From Mobula hypostoma (Eukaryota), in the NCBI RefSeq assembly GCF_963921235.1, contig NW_026948187.1, positions 7,316,001-7,373,593 on the forward strand: 57,593 bases of DNA. Direction: 5' to 3'. Below, piece after piece: positions 21,916 to 35,143 of the stretch. The notes beneath the pieces were generated by a model. It was not told the origin of the DNA. It did no database searches and saw only the letters and a program-made list of their open reading frames with translations. The position numbers and the translations under genes are program-made. Position 1 is the stretch's first letter. Each line of letters opens with the position of its first letter.

Positions 21916-23257
21916 GTAAGTGCAAAGGTCCCGGGCACAAGTCCATGGGTGCGCAGGGGCACGGGAAATTGCACGACACGGACACGCAACATCCAGGCGA
22001 GAAACACAAGCCGGGCATAAACTATAACTATATTTCACAAACGAAGACACAATTGAGACGGGAACGAGTCCATTGTGGTAGCGCAAAGTGGTGACAGTGT
22101 TTCTGCGCCGAGGGGGCGATCCGGGGCTGGGACGGTCGCTTCAAGCACCGGACGGTTGAAAGGAAGTCGCTGGTCCCGAACCTGCCGGTGTGGGGTGCTT
22201 TCGGCTTCCGTACCTCCTGACCGATGGGAAGAATGGCGCGGCCCGGTTGGTGGGGGCGGGATCTATGATGGTGGACGCTGCGTTCTTGAAACACGGAAAA
22301 CCTACAGCACAATACAGGCCCTCCGGCCCACAAAGCTGTGCCGAACATGTCCCTACCTTCGAAATTACCCAGGGTTACCCATAGCCCTCTATTTTCCTAA
22401 GCCCCATGTACCTATCCAAAAGTCTCTTCAAAGACCCTACCGTATCCGCCTCCACTACCGTTGCTGGCAGCCCATTCCACGCACCCACCTCTCTCTGCGT
22501 AAAACACATACTCCTGACTACTCCTCTGTACCTAACTCACCCCTCCCCCCCCCCGCACCTTAAACCTGTGTCCCCTTGTGGCAAACATTTCAGCCCTGGG
22601 GAAAAAGCCTCTGACTATCCACACGATCAATGCCTCTCATGGTAAGTCAGCGCCCCCTGTAGATACGACCGGTGGTGGGGAGGGGTGGTCACGTGACGTA
22701 TCGGGCCGAGTCCTCCGCTCGACCTGCAGTACCAGACCATGATGCAACAGGCCAGGACACTCCCCACGATGCATCTCGGTGCGGCACTTCAGAGCACTCG
22801 CGGCATTGAAACAGATAACTTCGGCGCAACGTCACCATGCCGACCAAAATGTCCCATCTCAGCATTAGAAACACTAATAAACTAGTGAGAGTTCACCTCC
22901 TTGCTCTCAGCCCCTATGATAAACCTCCACCAGGTCCCCTGGCAGTCCCTAACCTTCCCGCAAGTAAAGTACTCATCTCGGCAATCTCTCCCTGCACAGA
23001 GTCCACAGAGTCATTCTAATTGGCTGCATCATCGCCTGGTATGCGGGAAAGGGGGTCACTGCACGGGATCCAGATAAGCCGCAGAGAGTTGTGAAGTTAG
23101 GCCCCTCCATCGTGGGCAGGAGCCTCCGAGGTGTCCAAGACATCTTCAAGGAGCGGTGCCCCAAAGCAATAAGGACCGCCCTTCCATCCCCAATTGTTGT
23201 AAAGTAACAAACATTCCTAACCCTGGGGGAGTGAGACCTGGGCTCTTATACATTTTA

Positions 23258-23632
23258 CCTGATGGCTGAGGGGTGACAACTGTTCCTAAACCTGGTGGTG
23301 TGAGTCCTGAGGCTCCTATACCTCCTTCCTAATGGTTGAGGGGTGATAACTGTCCCTGAACCTGGTGGTGCGAGTCCTGAGGGTCCTGTACCTCTTTCCG
23401 GATGGCTGAGGGGTGATAACTGTTCCTGAACCTGGTGGTGTGGGTACTGAGGCTCCTGTACCTCCTTCCTGATGGCTGAGGGCTGATAACTGTCCCTGAA
23501 CCTGGTGGTGTGGGTCCTGAGGCTCCTGTACCTCCTTCCTGATGATTGAGGGGTAGTAACCGTTCCTGAACCTGGTGGTGTGGGTCCTGAGGCTCCTGTA
23601 CCTCCTTCCTGATTTCAGCAGCGAGAAGAGAG
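23258..23632 (-). repeat. 70-bp tandem array (~5 copies) from a Rex1/Babar 3' end, in TRBC intron 1
   Basis: Period 70 (23301, 23371, 23441, 23511, 23581); units translate as variants of GRRYRSLRTHTTRFRNSYYPSIIR. Confidence 0.85.
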
Positions 23633-23768
23633 CATGGACTGGCTGGCTGGTGGGTGTGTCCCCGATAACGCCTCGTGTAAACGCGCTGAATGATGAGATG
23701 TGCCTCTTCACGGATCCAGTGTATAATGTATCTCAATTTCTCTCTTTCTCTCTCTCTCTCTCTTCCAG

Positions 23769-23789
23769 TTCCCTGCGGGATCAGTAAAG
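23769..23789 (+). CDS. TRBC: TCR beta constant exon 2 (connecting peptide, (I)PCGISK, interchain Cys)
   Basis: Polypyrimidine tract + ttccag acceptor; 21-nt phase1/phase1 exon with a Cys; donor gtgagt at 23790. Confidence 0.88.
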
Positions 23790-24199
23790 GTGAGTTTCCC
23801 TCTTCTTACATCGTCCTGTCAGCAGTAAGGTCTTTGGGCGCATCTGAAGTACACGTTGGTAGGTTAGTCAGGGCGTCAAAGGAAAGTGTGGTCTGGGTGA
23901 ACAGTCAACCATGATGGAATGGAGGAGAAAACTCGATGGGCCGAATGGCCGAATGGTCCCCCTGTGCCTTGTGGCCTTCTGTTCTTGCGATTCTCTTGGG
24001 GGCCTTCTTGCACGCCGTCTCGTCGGCCCGCCACGGGGGGTGGGGTGTCATCGGCAAACTTGCATCTCGCTACCTCCGACGATGATCCATCAATTGTACC
24101 TCCTCCTGCAGCCGGTACGATAAATGTGGCCACTGGGTCTATGTTCCTGGTCTTCTGCCTCTACAGCCCATCCACCTCAAGGTCCAACACGTTGTTCGT

Positions 24200-25450
24200 T
24201 CAGAATTCCTCCTCTGCACGCCACTGTCACAGCGCGAGGATATCTGAAATCCACAGCACATTACAGGCACTTCGGCCCACAATATTGTGCTGACCGTGTA
24301 ACCGACCGTAGAAACTGCCCAGAATTTCCCTACCGCACAGCCCTCTATTTTTCCAAGCTCCATGTACCCATCTAAGAGCCTCTTAAAAGACCCTGTCGTA
24401 TCCGCCTCCACCACCGTCGCCGTCTTCCCATTCCACACACTCACCGCTCTCTGTGTGAAACACTTACCCCTGACATCCCTTCCGTACCTACTTCCATGCA
24501 CCTTAAAACTGTGCCCTGTCTCGTCAGCCTAGGGGAAAAAGCCTCTGGCTATCCGCAGGATCAATGCCTCTCATCATCTGATACACCTCTGTCAGGTCAC
24601 CTCTCATCCTCCGTCACTCCAAGGAGAAAAGGCCGAGTTCACTCCACCTATTCTCATAAGGCATGCTCCCCAATCCAGGCAACATCCTTGTAAATCTCCT
24701 CTGCACCCTTTCTATAGTTTCCACATCCTTCCTGTAGTGAGGCGACCAGAACTGAGCACAGTACTCCAAGTGGGGTCTGACCATATAACAGATATAACCA
24801 TTCCAAACACACATAACGTACAGAAATCAATAAGTGAAAACACCAGGAATATTCAGAATTAAAAGAGGAAACTGAAAGACTATGGAACATGAACATAGAA
24901 ACAGAGAAAACCTACAGCACAATACAGGCCTTTCGGCCCACAAAGTTGTGCCGAACATGTCCTTACCTTAGAAATTACCCAGGGTTACCCATAGCCCTCT
25001 AATTTTCTGAGCTCCTTATACCTGTCTAAGAGTCTCTTAAAAGACCCTATCATACCCACCTCCACCACCGTTGCCGGCAGCCCATTCCACGCACTCACAA
25101 CTCTCTGCGTAAGAAAACTTACCCCTGACATCTCCTCTGCGCCTACTCCCCAGCACCTTAAACCTGTGCCCTCTTGTGGCAGCCATTTCAGCCCTGGGAA
25201 GAAGCCTCTGACTATCCACACGATCAATGCCTCTCATCATCTTATACACCTCTGCCAGGTCACCTCTCATCCTCCGTCACTCCAAAGGGGAAAAGGCCAA
25301 GTTCACTCAACCTATTCTCATAAGGCACGTTCCCCAATCCAGGCAGCATCCTTGAAAATCTCCTCTGCACTCTCTCTATAGTATCTACACCCTTCCTGTA
25401 GTGAGGTGACCAGAACTGAACACGGTACCCCAAGTGGGGTCTGACCAACC
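24200..25450 (-). mobile_element. Stacked CR1 3' fragments in TRBC intron 2
   Basis: Repeated VRPHLEYCAQFWSPHYRKDVETIERVQRRF motifs and 3' tails. Confidence 0.8.
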
Positions 25451-25639
25451 TACTGTCGCCTTCCCGTCAGCTTGAACATGTCTGACCATTCTCCTCAGCC
25501 TACTCTCAGCAACGAGGCGTTTCCACCCACAGTACCTCCGATCACTGGGTGTTTTCTCTTTTTTTCCCTCTCTCTCTCTCTCTGCACCGTGCTCTGTAAG
25601 CTCCAGAAACCACTGTGCGTGAAAATCCCAGGAGATCCG

Positions 25640-25822
25640 GAATTTCTCAGATACTCGAACCACCCCGTCTGGCACCGGCAATCAATCCTCGCCGCTCTGA
25701 TGTTATCTGAACCTCCTGACCGTGCCTGCGTGTTGGTGACGCAATGAGTTGCTGCCACGCGATTGGCTGATCAGGAGCGAGCAGGTGTACAGGTGAACCT
25801 CATAAAGTGGCCACTGTGTATT
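25640..25822. mobile_element. Tc1/mariner remnant
   Basis: Ends in gtgtacaggtgaacctcataaagtggccactgtgta, resembling a Tc1-type TIR. Confidence 0.5.
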
Positions 25823-25902
25823 TAAACGGATCGCTTCGACCGGTTCCCTGGGGCGGAGAATACCCCGGATTCACCGCTTTCTCCCTTGCCATCTCTGTGC
25901 AG

Positions 25903-26009
25903 AGCAAAAGATGCAGAGCATTGAGACCGGACGACTGACGTACCTCATCCTAATCTGCAAAAGTATCCTGTACGCCATCATCGTTTCGGTGCTCGCTTTG
26001 AAGTCCAAG
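25903..26009 (+). CDS. TRBC: TCR beta constant exon 3 (transmembrane; (E)QKMQSIETGRLTYLILICKSILYAIIVSVLALKSK)
   Basis: tgcag acceptor at 25902; hydrophobic helix with a single Lys and the TY...K..LY pattern of TCR beta; phase-0 donor gttagg at 26010. Confidence 0.95.
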
Positions 26010-26466
26010 GTTAGGCTCAAGCGACCTTTCGGGAGCGGCGTGCAGAGGGTCCTTCCGCCCAGACTCAGGCGGCTTGGGAAGGGCCTGGGCCAGAGCTGGG
26101 GATCCAGGGGAGGAGGCTGGGGTCGAGAGGCAGGTGAGGGAGGGAGTGGGGAGTGGGGAACAGGCACGGAGTCTGGGGGGATGACAAGGGGCTGCCGAGG
26201 CTGGGATCTGAGAGGAGAGGGAGCCGGTGCACGGGGCGAAGTGGGGGTGGAGTGGGGAGGGCAGATAGTAACAGGAGGGGCAGGGAAACCGGTGGGGTGA
26301 GTGCTTCCCCTCCCGTCCACTTTGCAGGAGGCATTTGAGGCCAGGGGCAGCCCCGGAGGGAGGAGGGGTCAGTCAGGTCAATTCATTCGACGCCGGTATC
26401 GTGGGCCTGTTCCGTGTTCGACGCGCGAACTAACGCCCTCCGTGCTTTCTCCCCCCCATACACCAG

Positions 26467-26493
26467 ACCTCAGACTCCAAGAGGTTCGACTGA
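26467..26493 (+). CDS. TRBC: TCR beta constant exon 4 (cytoplasmic tail TSDSKRFD*)
   Basis: Branch-point-like CTAAC 26430-26434, pyrimidine tract, ccag acceptor at 26466, phase 0, stop TGA 26491-26493. Short tail of the kind seen in cartilaginous-fish TCR beta. Confidence 0.85.
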   Translation, partial: TSDSKRFD

Positions 26494-26511
26494 AACCACG
26501 CTTGGCATCGG

Positions 26512-26550
<39 letters not shown>

Positions 26551-27990
26551 CGTCGAAAGAGAGATTGACCTAGTTGCATGGTCGGGTCATCTTTTACGCC
26601 TGCCTCTACTGTAAACGTCTGTCTTATATTTCTGAGCTCAAAATGTCCCGGCCCCCACTGGAGGGGAGGGCGACTGTATAGTCCCGCATCGCCGATACAG
26701 GCCTTTCGGCCCGACAGATCCCTGCCGACCAAAGTCTCCGCCCATTCGGAAATATTGTCTTCATCTCAGCTGGTCCCACAGCGAGAATTTGAACTGGTTA
26801 GGACTTCAGACCCTGGAGCGCAGACTCATGGGGAGTGGGGAACATATCACAGGGATACTCAAAATCACGAGTGGGAATAGATTAGGGTGAACGGATCGCG
26901 CACAAAAAACGCGGGAGGAAGTCAGCAGGTCGGGCAGCATCCGCAGAGGGGGATGAACAGGCAGCCTTCCGGACGAGAGACCCTATTTTACCAGGACTGG
27001 GAAGGGACGTGGGCACGTGGCCAGGTGGTTAAGGCGTCCGGCTAGTGATCTGAAGGTCGCCAGTTCGAGCCCCAGCTGAGGCGGCGTGTTGTGTCCTTCA
27101 GCAAGGCACTTAACCACGCATTTCTCTATGTCTGTATGAGGAGTGGCGGGCCACACAGTCATGAAAGTGCCTCTTAGGCCTGAGTCGAGTCGAAGGGAAG
27201 GGGCAGAGGCCAGGATAAGAAGATGGTGATAGATGCGGGCAGGTGATAGGTGAGACCAGGTGAGGCGGGGTAGGTGGGTGGACGCGGGTAAGGGGGACTG
27301 CAGATGATGGAAGAGGTAAATGGTTGAAGAAGAACGAAGTCGGTCGGAGAGGAAGGGAGACCTTGGTGTAAAGGCGGTGGACCGTGGTAAAGGGAAAGAG
27401 GAGGGGCGGCAGAGGGAGGTAACAGGCAGCTCATGAGGATGGGCCCGAATGCAAGACGGCCTCCTCCCCCTCAGCTGGGCTCGAGGTCATGGGTTAAGGG
27501 CGAAAGTGGAAATAGTTAAGGGGAACTTCTTCGCCCGGAGAGTCGCCCGAGCACATAGCGAGCTCCCAGCTGATGAGGAACTTGGATGGAAACGTGGACT
27601 GGAGGGATGTTGCGGGGGGATGTGCGCAGATGGAGCTAGCCTGCCTGGTCGGCATGGACAAGATGGGCCGAAAAGCCTGTTTATGTGCTGTACTACCCTG
27701 TGAGTCTATTTGCCCGCATTTGGCCTGTACCTGTCGAGATGTCTTCTAAGCGTTTCAATTGACCCGCCTCTACTACCTCTTCGCTCAATATCCCCGCCGC
27801 CCTCTCTGTGGGAAAAAAAAACATTGCCCCTGTAAATATTTACCCTCTCGTTTAACGCGAGCTTTAGACTCCCAGGTTCTGGGGACTGGAGGGGTGGTAG
27901 GGAAGACTGCAACCTTTTCGAAATCACCTGCAATTTCTTATTTTCTGTGTTGCTTAATATTACAGTTCTGAAGATGTTAGTTACTCGATA

Positions 27991-27996
27991 AATAAA
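27991..27996 (+). terminator. Possible polyadenylation signal for TRBC
   Basis: First AATAAA I found downstream of the C stop (~1.5 kb, across SINE and other repeat sequence); not otherwise supported. Confidence 0.25.
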
Positions 27997-28339
27997 ACGG
28001 AATTTTCTTGCGAACGAAGAGGGTTCCCGTGTGGTTTTTATTGAAGAGTGGGGCACACTCGCACGTACACACCGTACAACGATCACCATAGGAGCTGAAC
28101 GAGGCCATTCGTCCCGTCGAGGCTGCTCCGTCATTCCATCGCGGCTGATTTACTGTCCCCCCCCCCACAACCCTCTTCTCCCCGTGACCTTTGACCCCTG
28201 GCTAACCAAGAACCTATCAACCTCCGCTTCAAAAGCACCCAATGATTTGGCCTCCACAGCTGCCTGTGGCAAGGGACTCCACACATTCCGCCGCCCTCTG
28301 GTTGAACAGAGCGAGTTTGTTGAATGCCGAAGAGACGAC

Positions 28340-31300
28340 TTTTTAGGGCAGTTTGCCTTTGAGCCTACCAGCAGATCAGCTGTACTAGGTTGGGTGTTCA
28401 GTCAGGAACCCAGAGGCGACCAGGGAGCTTAAGGTGAAGGAACCCTTAGGAGCCAGTGATCACAATATGATTGTGTTCAACTTGAAATTTGATGGGGAGA
28501 AAGTAAAGTCCAACGCAGCAGTATTTTAGTGGAGAAAAGGAAATTACAGTGGTATGAGATAGGAGTTGGCCAAAGTAAATTGGAAGAAGCTGCTGGCAGG
28601 GATGTCCGCAGAGCAGCAATGGCTTGCGTTTCTGGGGAATATGAGCAAGGTATAGGACATAAGTATTCCAAAAATGAAGGAATACTCAAATGGTAAAATA
28701 GTACAACCGTGACTGACATAGAAACATAGGAAATAGGTGCAGGAGTGGGCCATTCAGCCCTTCGAGCCTGCACCGCCATTCAGTATGATCATGGCTGACC
28801 ATCCAACTCACAACCCTGTACCTGCCTTCTCTCCATACCCCCTGATCCCTTTAGCCGCAAGGGCCATATCTAACTCCCTCTTAAATATAGTCAATGAACT
28901 GGCCTCAACTGTTTCCTGTGCCAGAGAATTCCACAAATTCACCACTCTCTGTGTGAAGAAGTTTTTCCTAATCTCGGTCCTAAAAGGCTTCCCCTCTACC
29001 CTCAAACTGTGACCCCTCGTTCTGGACTTCCCCAACATCGGGAACAATCTTCCTGCATCTAGCCTGTCCAATCCCTTTAGGATTTTATTCGTTTAAATCA
29101 GATCCCCCCTCAATCTTCTAAATTCCAGAGAGTACAAGCCGAGTCGATCTAGTCTTTCATCATATGAAACTCCTGCCATATGAAATCAAAACTGTTGTAA
29201 AAGAAAAAGAGAGGACATACTAGAAAGCAAAAGTTAGTGGGAAGATAGAGGATTGGGAATTCTTTTTAAACCTACAGAGAGCCACTGAAAAAATTATTAG
29301 AAGGGAAAAAGATGAAATATGAAAGCAAGCTAGCAAATAATATCAAAGTGGATAGCAAAAGTTTTTTCAAGTAGATTAAAAATAAAAGACAAATGATCGT
29401 AGATATAGGACCGCTGGAAAATGAGGCAGGAGAAATAATAATGGGGACAGAACTAAATGAGTATTTTGCACAAGTCTTCACTGTGGAAGACGCTAGCAGT
29501 ATGCCTCGTGTTGTAGTGTGTGAAGGAAGAGAAGTGGGTGCAGTTACTGCTACAAGAGAGAAGGTTCTCAAAAAGCTAGAAGACCTAAAGGTGCATCTAG
29601 AGCAACTTCACCCTCGGGGTCTGAAAGAGGTAGCGTTAGAGATTGTGGTGGCATTAGAAATGATCTTTCAAAAATCGTTGGACTCTGGCACGGTGCCAGA
29701 GGACTGGAAAATTACAAATGTCACTCCACTCTTTAAGAAAGGAGGAAGGCAGCAGAAAGGAAATTGCAGACCAGTCAGTGGTTGGGAAGATACTAGAATC
29801 AATTGCTAAGGATGAGGTGATGGAGTATTTGGTGACACAGGACAGGATAGTGTTGGAGCGTGGCCAAGTGGTTCAGGCGTTGGTCTGGTGATCTGAAGGT
29901 CGCTAGTTCGAGTCTCAGATGAGGCAGTGTGTTGTGTCCTTGAGCAAGGCACTTAACCACACACATTGCTCTGTGACAACACCGGTACAACGCTGAATCG
30001 GCCCTATTGCCCTTCCTTTGGACAACATCGGTGGCGTGGAGAGGGGAGACTTGCAACTCCGGATGGGCAACTGCCGGTCTCCCATACAACCTTGCCCAGA
30101 CCTGCACCCTGGAAACCTTCCAAGGCGCAAATCCATGATCTCAAGAGCCTAACGGATGCCTATAAGACAGGAGAGCACAGAGTCAGCATTGTTTCCTTGA
30201 GGGAAAATCGTGCCTGACGAGCCTGTTGGAATTCTTTGAGTTGATTACAAGCAGGATAGATAAAGGGGATGGAGTGGGTGCTGTATATATGGACTTTCAG
30301 AAGGCCTTTGACAAGGTGCCACACATGAGGCTGCTTACCAAGTCAAGCGAGAAGCAAAAGTTGCTGGTATGGTTAGAGCATTGGCTGATTGGTAGGTGGC
30401 AGCGACTGGGAATAAAAAGATCCTTCTTTGCTTGGATGCCAATCACTGGGGTCGGTGTTGGGACCACTTGTTTTGATGCTGTATATAAATGATTTAGGTG
30501 ATGGAACAGATGCCTTCGTTGCCATGTTTGTGGATGAGAAGAAGATTGGTGGAGGGGCAGGTAGTGCTGAGGGAACCGGTAGGATGCGCAAGGACTTAGA
30601 GATTAGGAGAATAGGCAAAAAGTGGCAACTGGTCATGCATTTTTGGTGGTAGAAATAAATCTGCGGACTATTTTCTAAACGAGAAGAAAATCCAAAAAAT
30701 CGGAGATGCAAGGGGACTTGGGAGTCCTAGTGCAGAACACCCGAAAGGATAACTTGCAGGTTGAGTCGGTGGTGAGGAAGGCAAATGCAATGTTGGCATT
30801 CATTTCATTTCATGAGGTCTAGAATACAAAAGCAAGAATAAAATGCTGAGGCTTTATAAGGAACTGGTGAGGCCTCACCTTGAGTGCTGTGAACAGTTTT
30901 GGGGTCCTCATCTTAGAAAAGATCTTCTGGCATTGGAGAGGGTCCAGAGGAGGTTCACAAGGATGATTCCGGGGATGAAAGGGTTATAATACAAGGAATG
31001 TTTGACTGCTCTGGGTCTGTACTCGCTGGAATTCAGAAGGATGGGGGGGGGGGGATCTCATTGAAATCTTTCCAAAGTTGAAAGGCCTAGACAGAGTAGA
31101 TGTGGAAAGGACGTTTCCGGTGGTGGGGGAGTCTAGGACAAGAGGGCACAGCCTCAGGACAGAGGGGCGCCCTTTCAAAACAGAGATGCGGAGAAATTTC
31201 TTTCGCCAGGGGGTGGTGAACTTGTGGAATTTGTGGCAGCTGTGGAAGCCGGGTGTACTTAATGCAGATGTTGATAGGTTCTTGACTGGACGTGGCATCA

Positions 31301-31440
31301 AAGGTTACGGGGCGAAGGCCGGGAACTGGGGTTGAGGAGGAGATAAGGGGGGAAAAAGGGGTCAGCCATGACAGAATGGCGGAACAGACTGGATGGGCCA
31401 AATGACCGTATTCCGCTCCTATGCCTTATGGTCTTATGTT
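28340..31440. mobile_element. Nested CR1 region (+ strand RT-containing copy with an inverted CR1 at ~28730-29100 and a SINE insertion)
   Basis: ORFs with [45 protein letters not shown]. Confidence 0.82.
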
Positions 31441-31994
31441 CTGGTGTCTAAATAAATTCCTCCTCATCCCTGTTCTAAAGGGACGTCCCTCTATCCTAAG
31501 GCGGTGCTATTTGGACCTAGACATTCCCATCATAGGAAACATCCTCTCCATACCCTCTCTGTCCAGGTCACAAAATATACTTTTTACTTTATTGTCGCCA
31601 AACAATTGATACTAGAACGTAAATCATCACAGCGATATTTGATTCTGCGCTTCCCACTACCTGGATTACAAATATTAAATATTAAAAATATTAAAAGTAG
31701 TAAAAATTAAATATTCCGTCGTTTTCAATAAGACCCCGCCACCCTCCACCTCCAGTCTACCAAACCCCAGCGAGTACAGGCCCAGAACTGTCACGTTCGC
31801 GACAAACGTTAACCCTTTCGTTCCCGGAATCTTTCTCGTGACCCTCCTCTTTGCCCTCTCCAAAGCCAGCACGTCCTTTCTGAGATAAGGGGCCCAGAAT
31901 TGCTCATGATACTCCAGGTGCAGTTCGCTTCACTCAGAGAGGGTGAAGGGAGAGTGTGATAAACACACACAGACACACACAAACACACACAGAC

Positions 31995-32031
<37 letters not shown>

Positions 32032-32044
32032 TACATAGAGGGAG

Positions 32045-32267
32045 AGCAACATACATCAAAGTTGCTGGTGAACGCAGCAGGCCAAGCAGCATCTATAGGA
32101 AGAGGCGCAGTCGACGTTTCAGGCCGAGACCCTCCGTCCTGACGAAGGGTCTCGGCCTGAAACGTCGACTGCGCCTCTTCCTATAGATGCTGCTTGGCCT
32201 GCTGCGTTCACCAGCAACTTTGATGTATGTTGCTTGAATTTCCAGCATCTGCAGAATTCCTGTTGTT
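32045..32267. mobile_element. Fold-back Penelope terminal-repeat insertion (88-bp perfect inverted repeat) with 13-bp TSD
   Basis: Arms 32046-32133 and 32146-32233 are exact reverse complements; TSD tacatagagggag at 32032-32044 and 32268-32280. Confidence 0.9.
32136..32169 (+). ncRNA. Minimal hammerhead ribozyme motif (short stem I)
   Basis: gtc CTGACGA agg-gtctcgg-cct GAAA cGTC gac. Confidence 0.6.
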
Positions 32268-32364
32268 TACATAGAGGGAGTCTCTCTTTCACACGTACAT
32301 ACAGAGCGGGGAGAGGAAGGTACTTATCTCACTCTGTCTCTCTCTCTCTCTCTCTCCCCCCCCC

Positions 32365-32401
<37 letters not shown>

Positions 32402-32713
32402 AACAAGAGATATTCGCTTTCAACAAGAGCCTCTCTCACAGACGCATATGCAGAAAGTGCCTTTCACAGAGAGGTGGGGGGAAGGGAAGTGGGAACAGCG
32501 ACTCGTTTCCGCAAATGGCACAGCGAGAGTCTCGCTCACCCACACACACTCAGATGCATCCGTTCACAGGAAAGACACACACACAAACACACACACACAC
32601 ACATTCCCCATCATCTCCGATACCCCGTTCCCCCCACGACGCCTGCTCGATCTGCTCTGGGCTTCAAGCAGATTGCATTTGCTCTAGATTTCAGCTCACT
32701 GTCACCATCTCCC

Positions 32714-32746
<33 letters not shown>

Positions 32747-33292
32747 GTCAATCTCTCACACACACCCCCCTCTCTCTCTCTCGCACTACCATTCCGTCTC
32801 TACGTTTTGCCTTCTTTCTCTCCAACTCTACTCTCACTCTTTCCTTCTCCCTCTCCAGTTCGCTCCCTCTTTCTCCTCTGCGCTCACACTCTCTTCTCTC
32901 CATCTTTCTCCTTTTCCTTCTCCCTCTCTAGCTCTCTCTCCTCCGCGCTCCCACTCTTTCTCTCCGTCTCTCCTTTTTCTCTCTCTCCCTCTCTATCTCT
33001 CTCTCTTTCCCTACTCTCCCATCTCTGCTTTTCACTCACACCTCCCTCCCCTCCCCTTCTCTCTCTGTCTGCCTCTCGCACTACCATTATGTCTCTCCGT
33101 CCTGCCCTCTTTCTCTCCAACTCTACTCTCACTCTTTCCCTCTCCCTCTCCAGTTCGCTCTCTCTTTCTCCTCTGCGCTCACACTCCCTTCTCTCCATCT
33201 TTCTCCTTTTTCTCTCCCTCCCTCTCTCTCTCTCTCACTCTCTCCCCACACTCTCATCTCTCCTTTTTGATCACACCTCTCTCACTCTCGTA

Positions 33293-33328
<36 letters not shown>

Positions 33329-33739
33329 GCACCCCCCCCCCCACTCTCTCTCCGTCAGCGTGATCGCTGTTCTTCGCCCACCTCCCAACCGCCTGCAAAC
33401 TCCAGCCCCGGGGGCATAATGCCTGCGAAACACCCGGTTTGTTCAGAAGGGATGGGCGTTAACTCTCCGGGTGAACAACAATGCTACTGAGCTGGTAAAC
33501 TCTTCCTCGGCAGGAAGGAGGCACAGTGCGTGAATTCAGATACGTTTAGAAAATCTCAGGGGGCATCACTGTGCTAAGTGCAGAGAATATTTATCCCCGA
33601 GGGTACGGGGGTCCAACACTATCAGGAGAGGAAAAGACGACTCCAACACCTGCCACCGGCCACCACCATTGGTTCCCAACATCCTTCTCTTTATTCCATG
33701 GGACCCTGTCCTCTGCTGAGAGAGTCCAAACAAACATAA

Positions 33740-34660
33740 ATAGGGGCAGGAGTCGGCCATTCGGCCCGTCGAGCCTGCTCCGCCATCCAATAAGGTCACG
33801 GTTAATTTGACCATGGACTCATCTCCACCTACCTGCCTTTCCCCCATCACCCTTAATTCCCCCGCCATGCGAAAATCTACCCAACCTTGCCTTAAATATA
33901 TTTACTGAGGTAGCCTCCGCTGCTTCATGGGGCAGAGAATTGCACAGATTCCCCACCCTCTGGGAAAAGCAGATCTTCCTTATCTCCGTCCTAAATCGAC
34001 TCGCTCGAATCTTGAGGCTATGTCCCCTAGTTCTAGTCTCACCTACCTGTGGAAACAACGTTTCTGCCTTTATCTCATCTATCCATGTCATAATTTTATA
34101 TGTTTCCACGAGTAGTACTGTGTGCAGTTTTGGTCTCCAAATTTGAGGAAGGACATTCTTGCTATTGAGGGAGTGCAGCGTAGGTTCACTGGGTTAATTC
34201 CCGGGATGGCGGGACTGTCATATGTCGAAAGATTGGAGCGACTGGGCTTGTATACTCTGGAATTTGGAAGGCTGAGTGGGGATCTTATTGAAACATATAA
34301 GATTATTAAGGGATTGGACACGCTGCAGGCAGGAAGCATGTTCCCGCTGATGGGTGAGTCCAGAACCAGAGGCCACAATTTAAGAATTAGGGGTAGGTCA
34401 TTTAGAACGGAGCTGAGGAAAAAGTTTTCCGCCCAGAGAGTGGTGGATATATGGAATGCTCTGCTCCAGAAGGCAGTGGAGGCCAAGTCTCTGGATGTTT
34501 TCAAGAAAGAGATGGATAGAGCTCTTAAAGATAGTTGAATCAAAGGTTATGGGGATAAGGCAGGAACTGGATACTGATTGTGGATGGTCAGCCATGATCA
34601 CAGGGAATGGCGGTGCTGGCTCGAAGGGCCGAATGGCCTGCTCCTGCACCTATTGACTAT
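33740..34660. mobile_element. Two head-to-head CR1 3' fragments (- strand to ~34110, + strand after)
   Basis: ORFs 33819-34109 (-) and 34122-34538 (+) carry CR1 C-terminal motifs. Confidence 0.8.
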
Positions 34661-35107
34661 TTTCTATAAGATTTCCTTCCATCCTTCTGAATTGCAGCGA
34701 GTACAGTCCCAGGCCACTCTATCTCTCCTCATAGTCTAACACGAACCCCCCCCCCAACCCCCTACTATCTCCTTCAGCAAGACAAGCCGTTCTACCGCTG
34801 CTAGAAATCGAGATCCGAACATCCAAAACGCCTGCAATGTGCTTTCCGGTATGGTGGTGGAAACTTTCGACGGGATGTTAGATAGAGATGTGGTCAAGCA
34901 GAAATAGGAGGGAAATGGATCGTGTGCGGGAAGATGGGGTTTATTTTAATTGGGCGTTCTGTGTGCCTAAAGGCACTGTTTTCACGTTCTGTGTTCTATA
35001 CTGATCCCGATCAACCTCTCCAATCCCGGGAAGATCCTGGTAAATCTCCCTCTGCGCCCGTCCCAGGCTCAGCCCTGCCTTTCCAACACGTTAGGCGCCG
35101 TGTCGTG

Positions 35108-35143
35108 TGACGTCATCGTTACGTGCTGTGACGTGTGACATCA
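35108..35143. promoter_or_regulatory. Cluster of four CRE/ATF-like sites (candidate enhancer or promoter)
   Basis: TGACGTCA 35108-35115, TTACGTG 35119-35125, TGACGTG 35129-35135, TGACATCA 35136-35143, in sequence not recognisable as a repeat. Confidence 0.4.

Noticed and set aside
26329-26573. Alternative cytoplasmic exon at tttgcag|gaggca (EAFEARG...)
   Set aside because: The exon at 26467 has a better branch point and pyrimidine tract and gives the expected short tail.
28289-28307. CTCF-like motif TCAACCAGAGGGCGGC
   Set aside because: Mismatch at a critical core C, and it lies inside a CR1-derived fragment.
33522-33600. Perfect heptamers CACAGTG (33522-33528) and CACTGTG (33568-33574) as the RSS of an inverted V or a D
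   Set aside because: No nonamer at 12 or 23 nt on either side; adjacent frames give no V domain (SGINILCT* only superficially resembles DSGxYxC).
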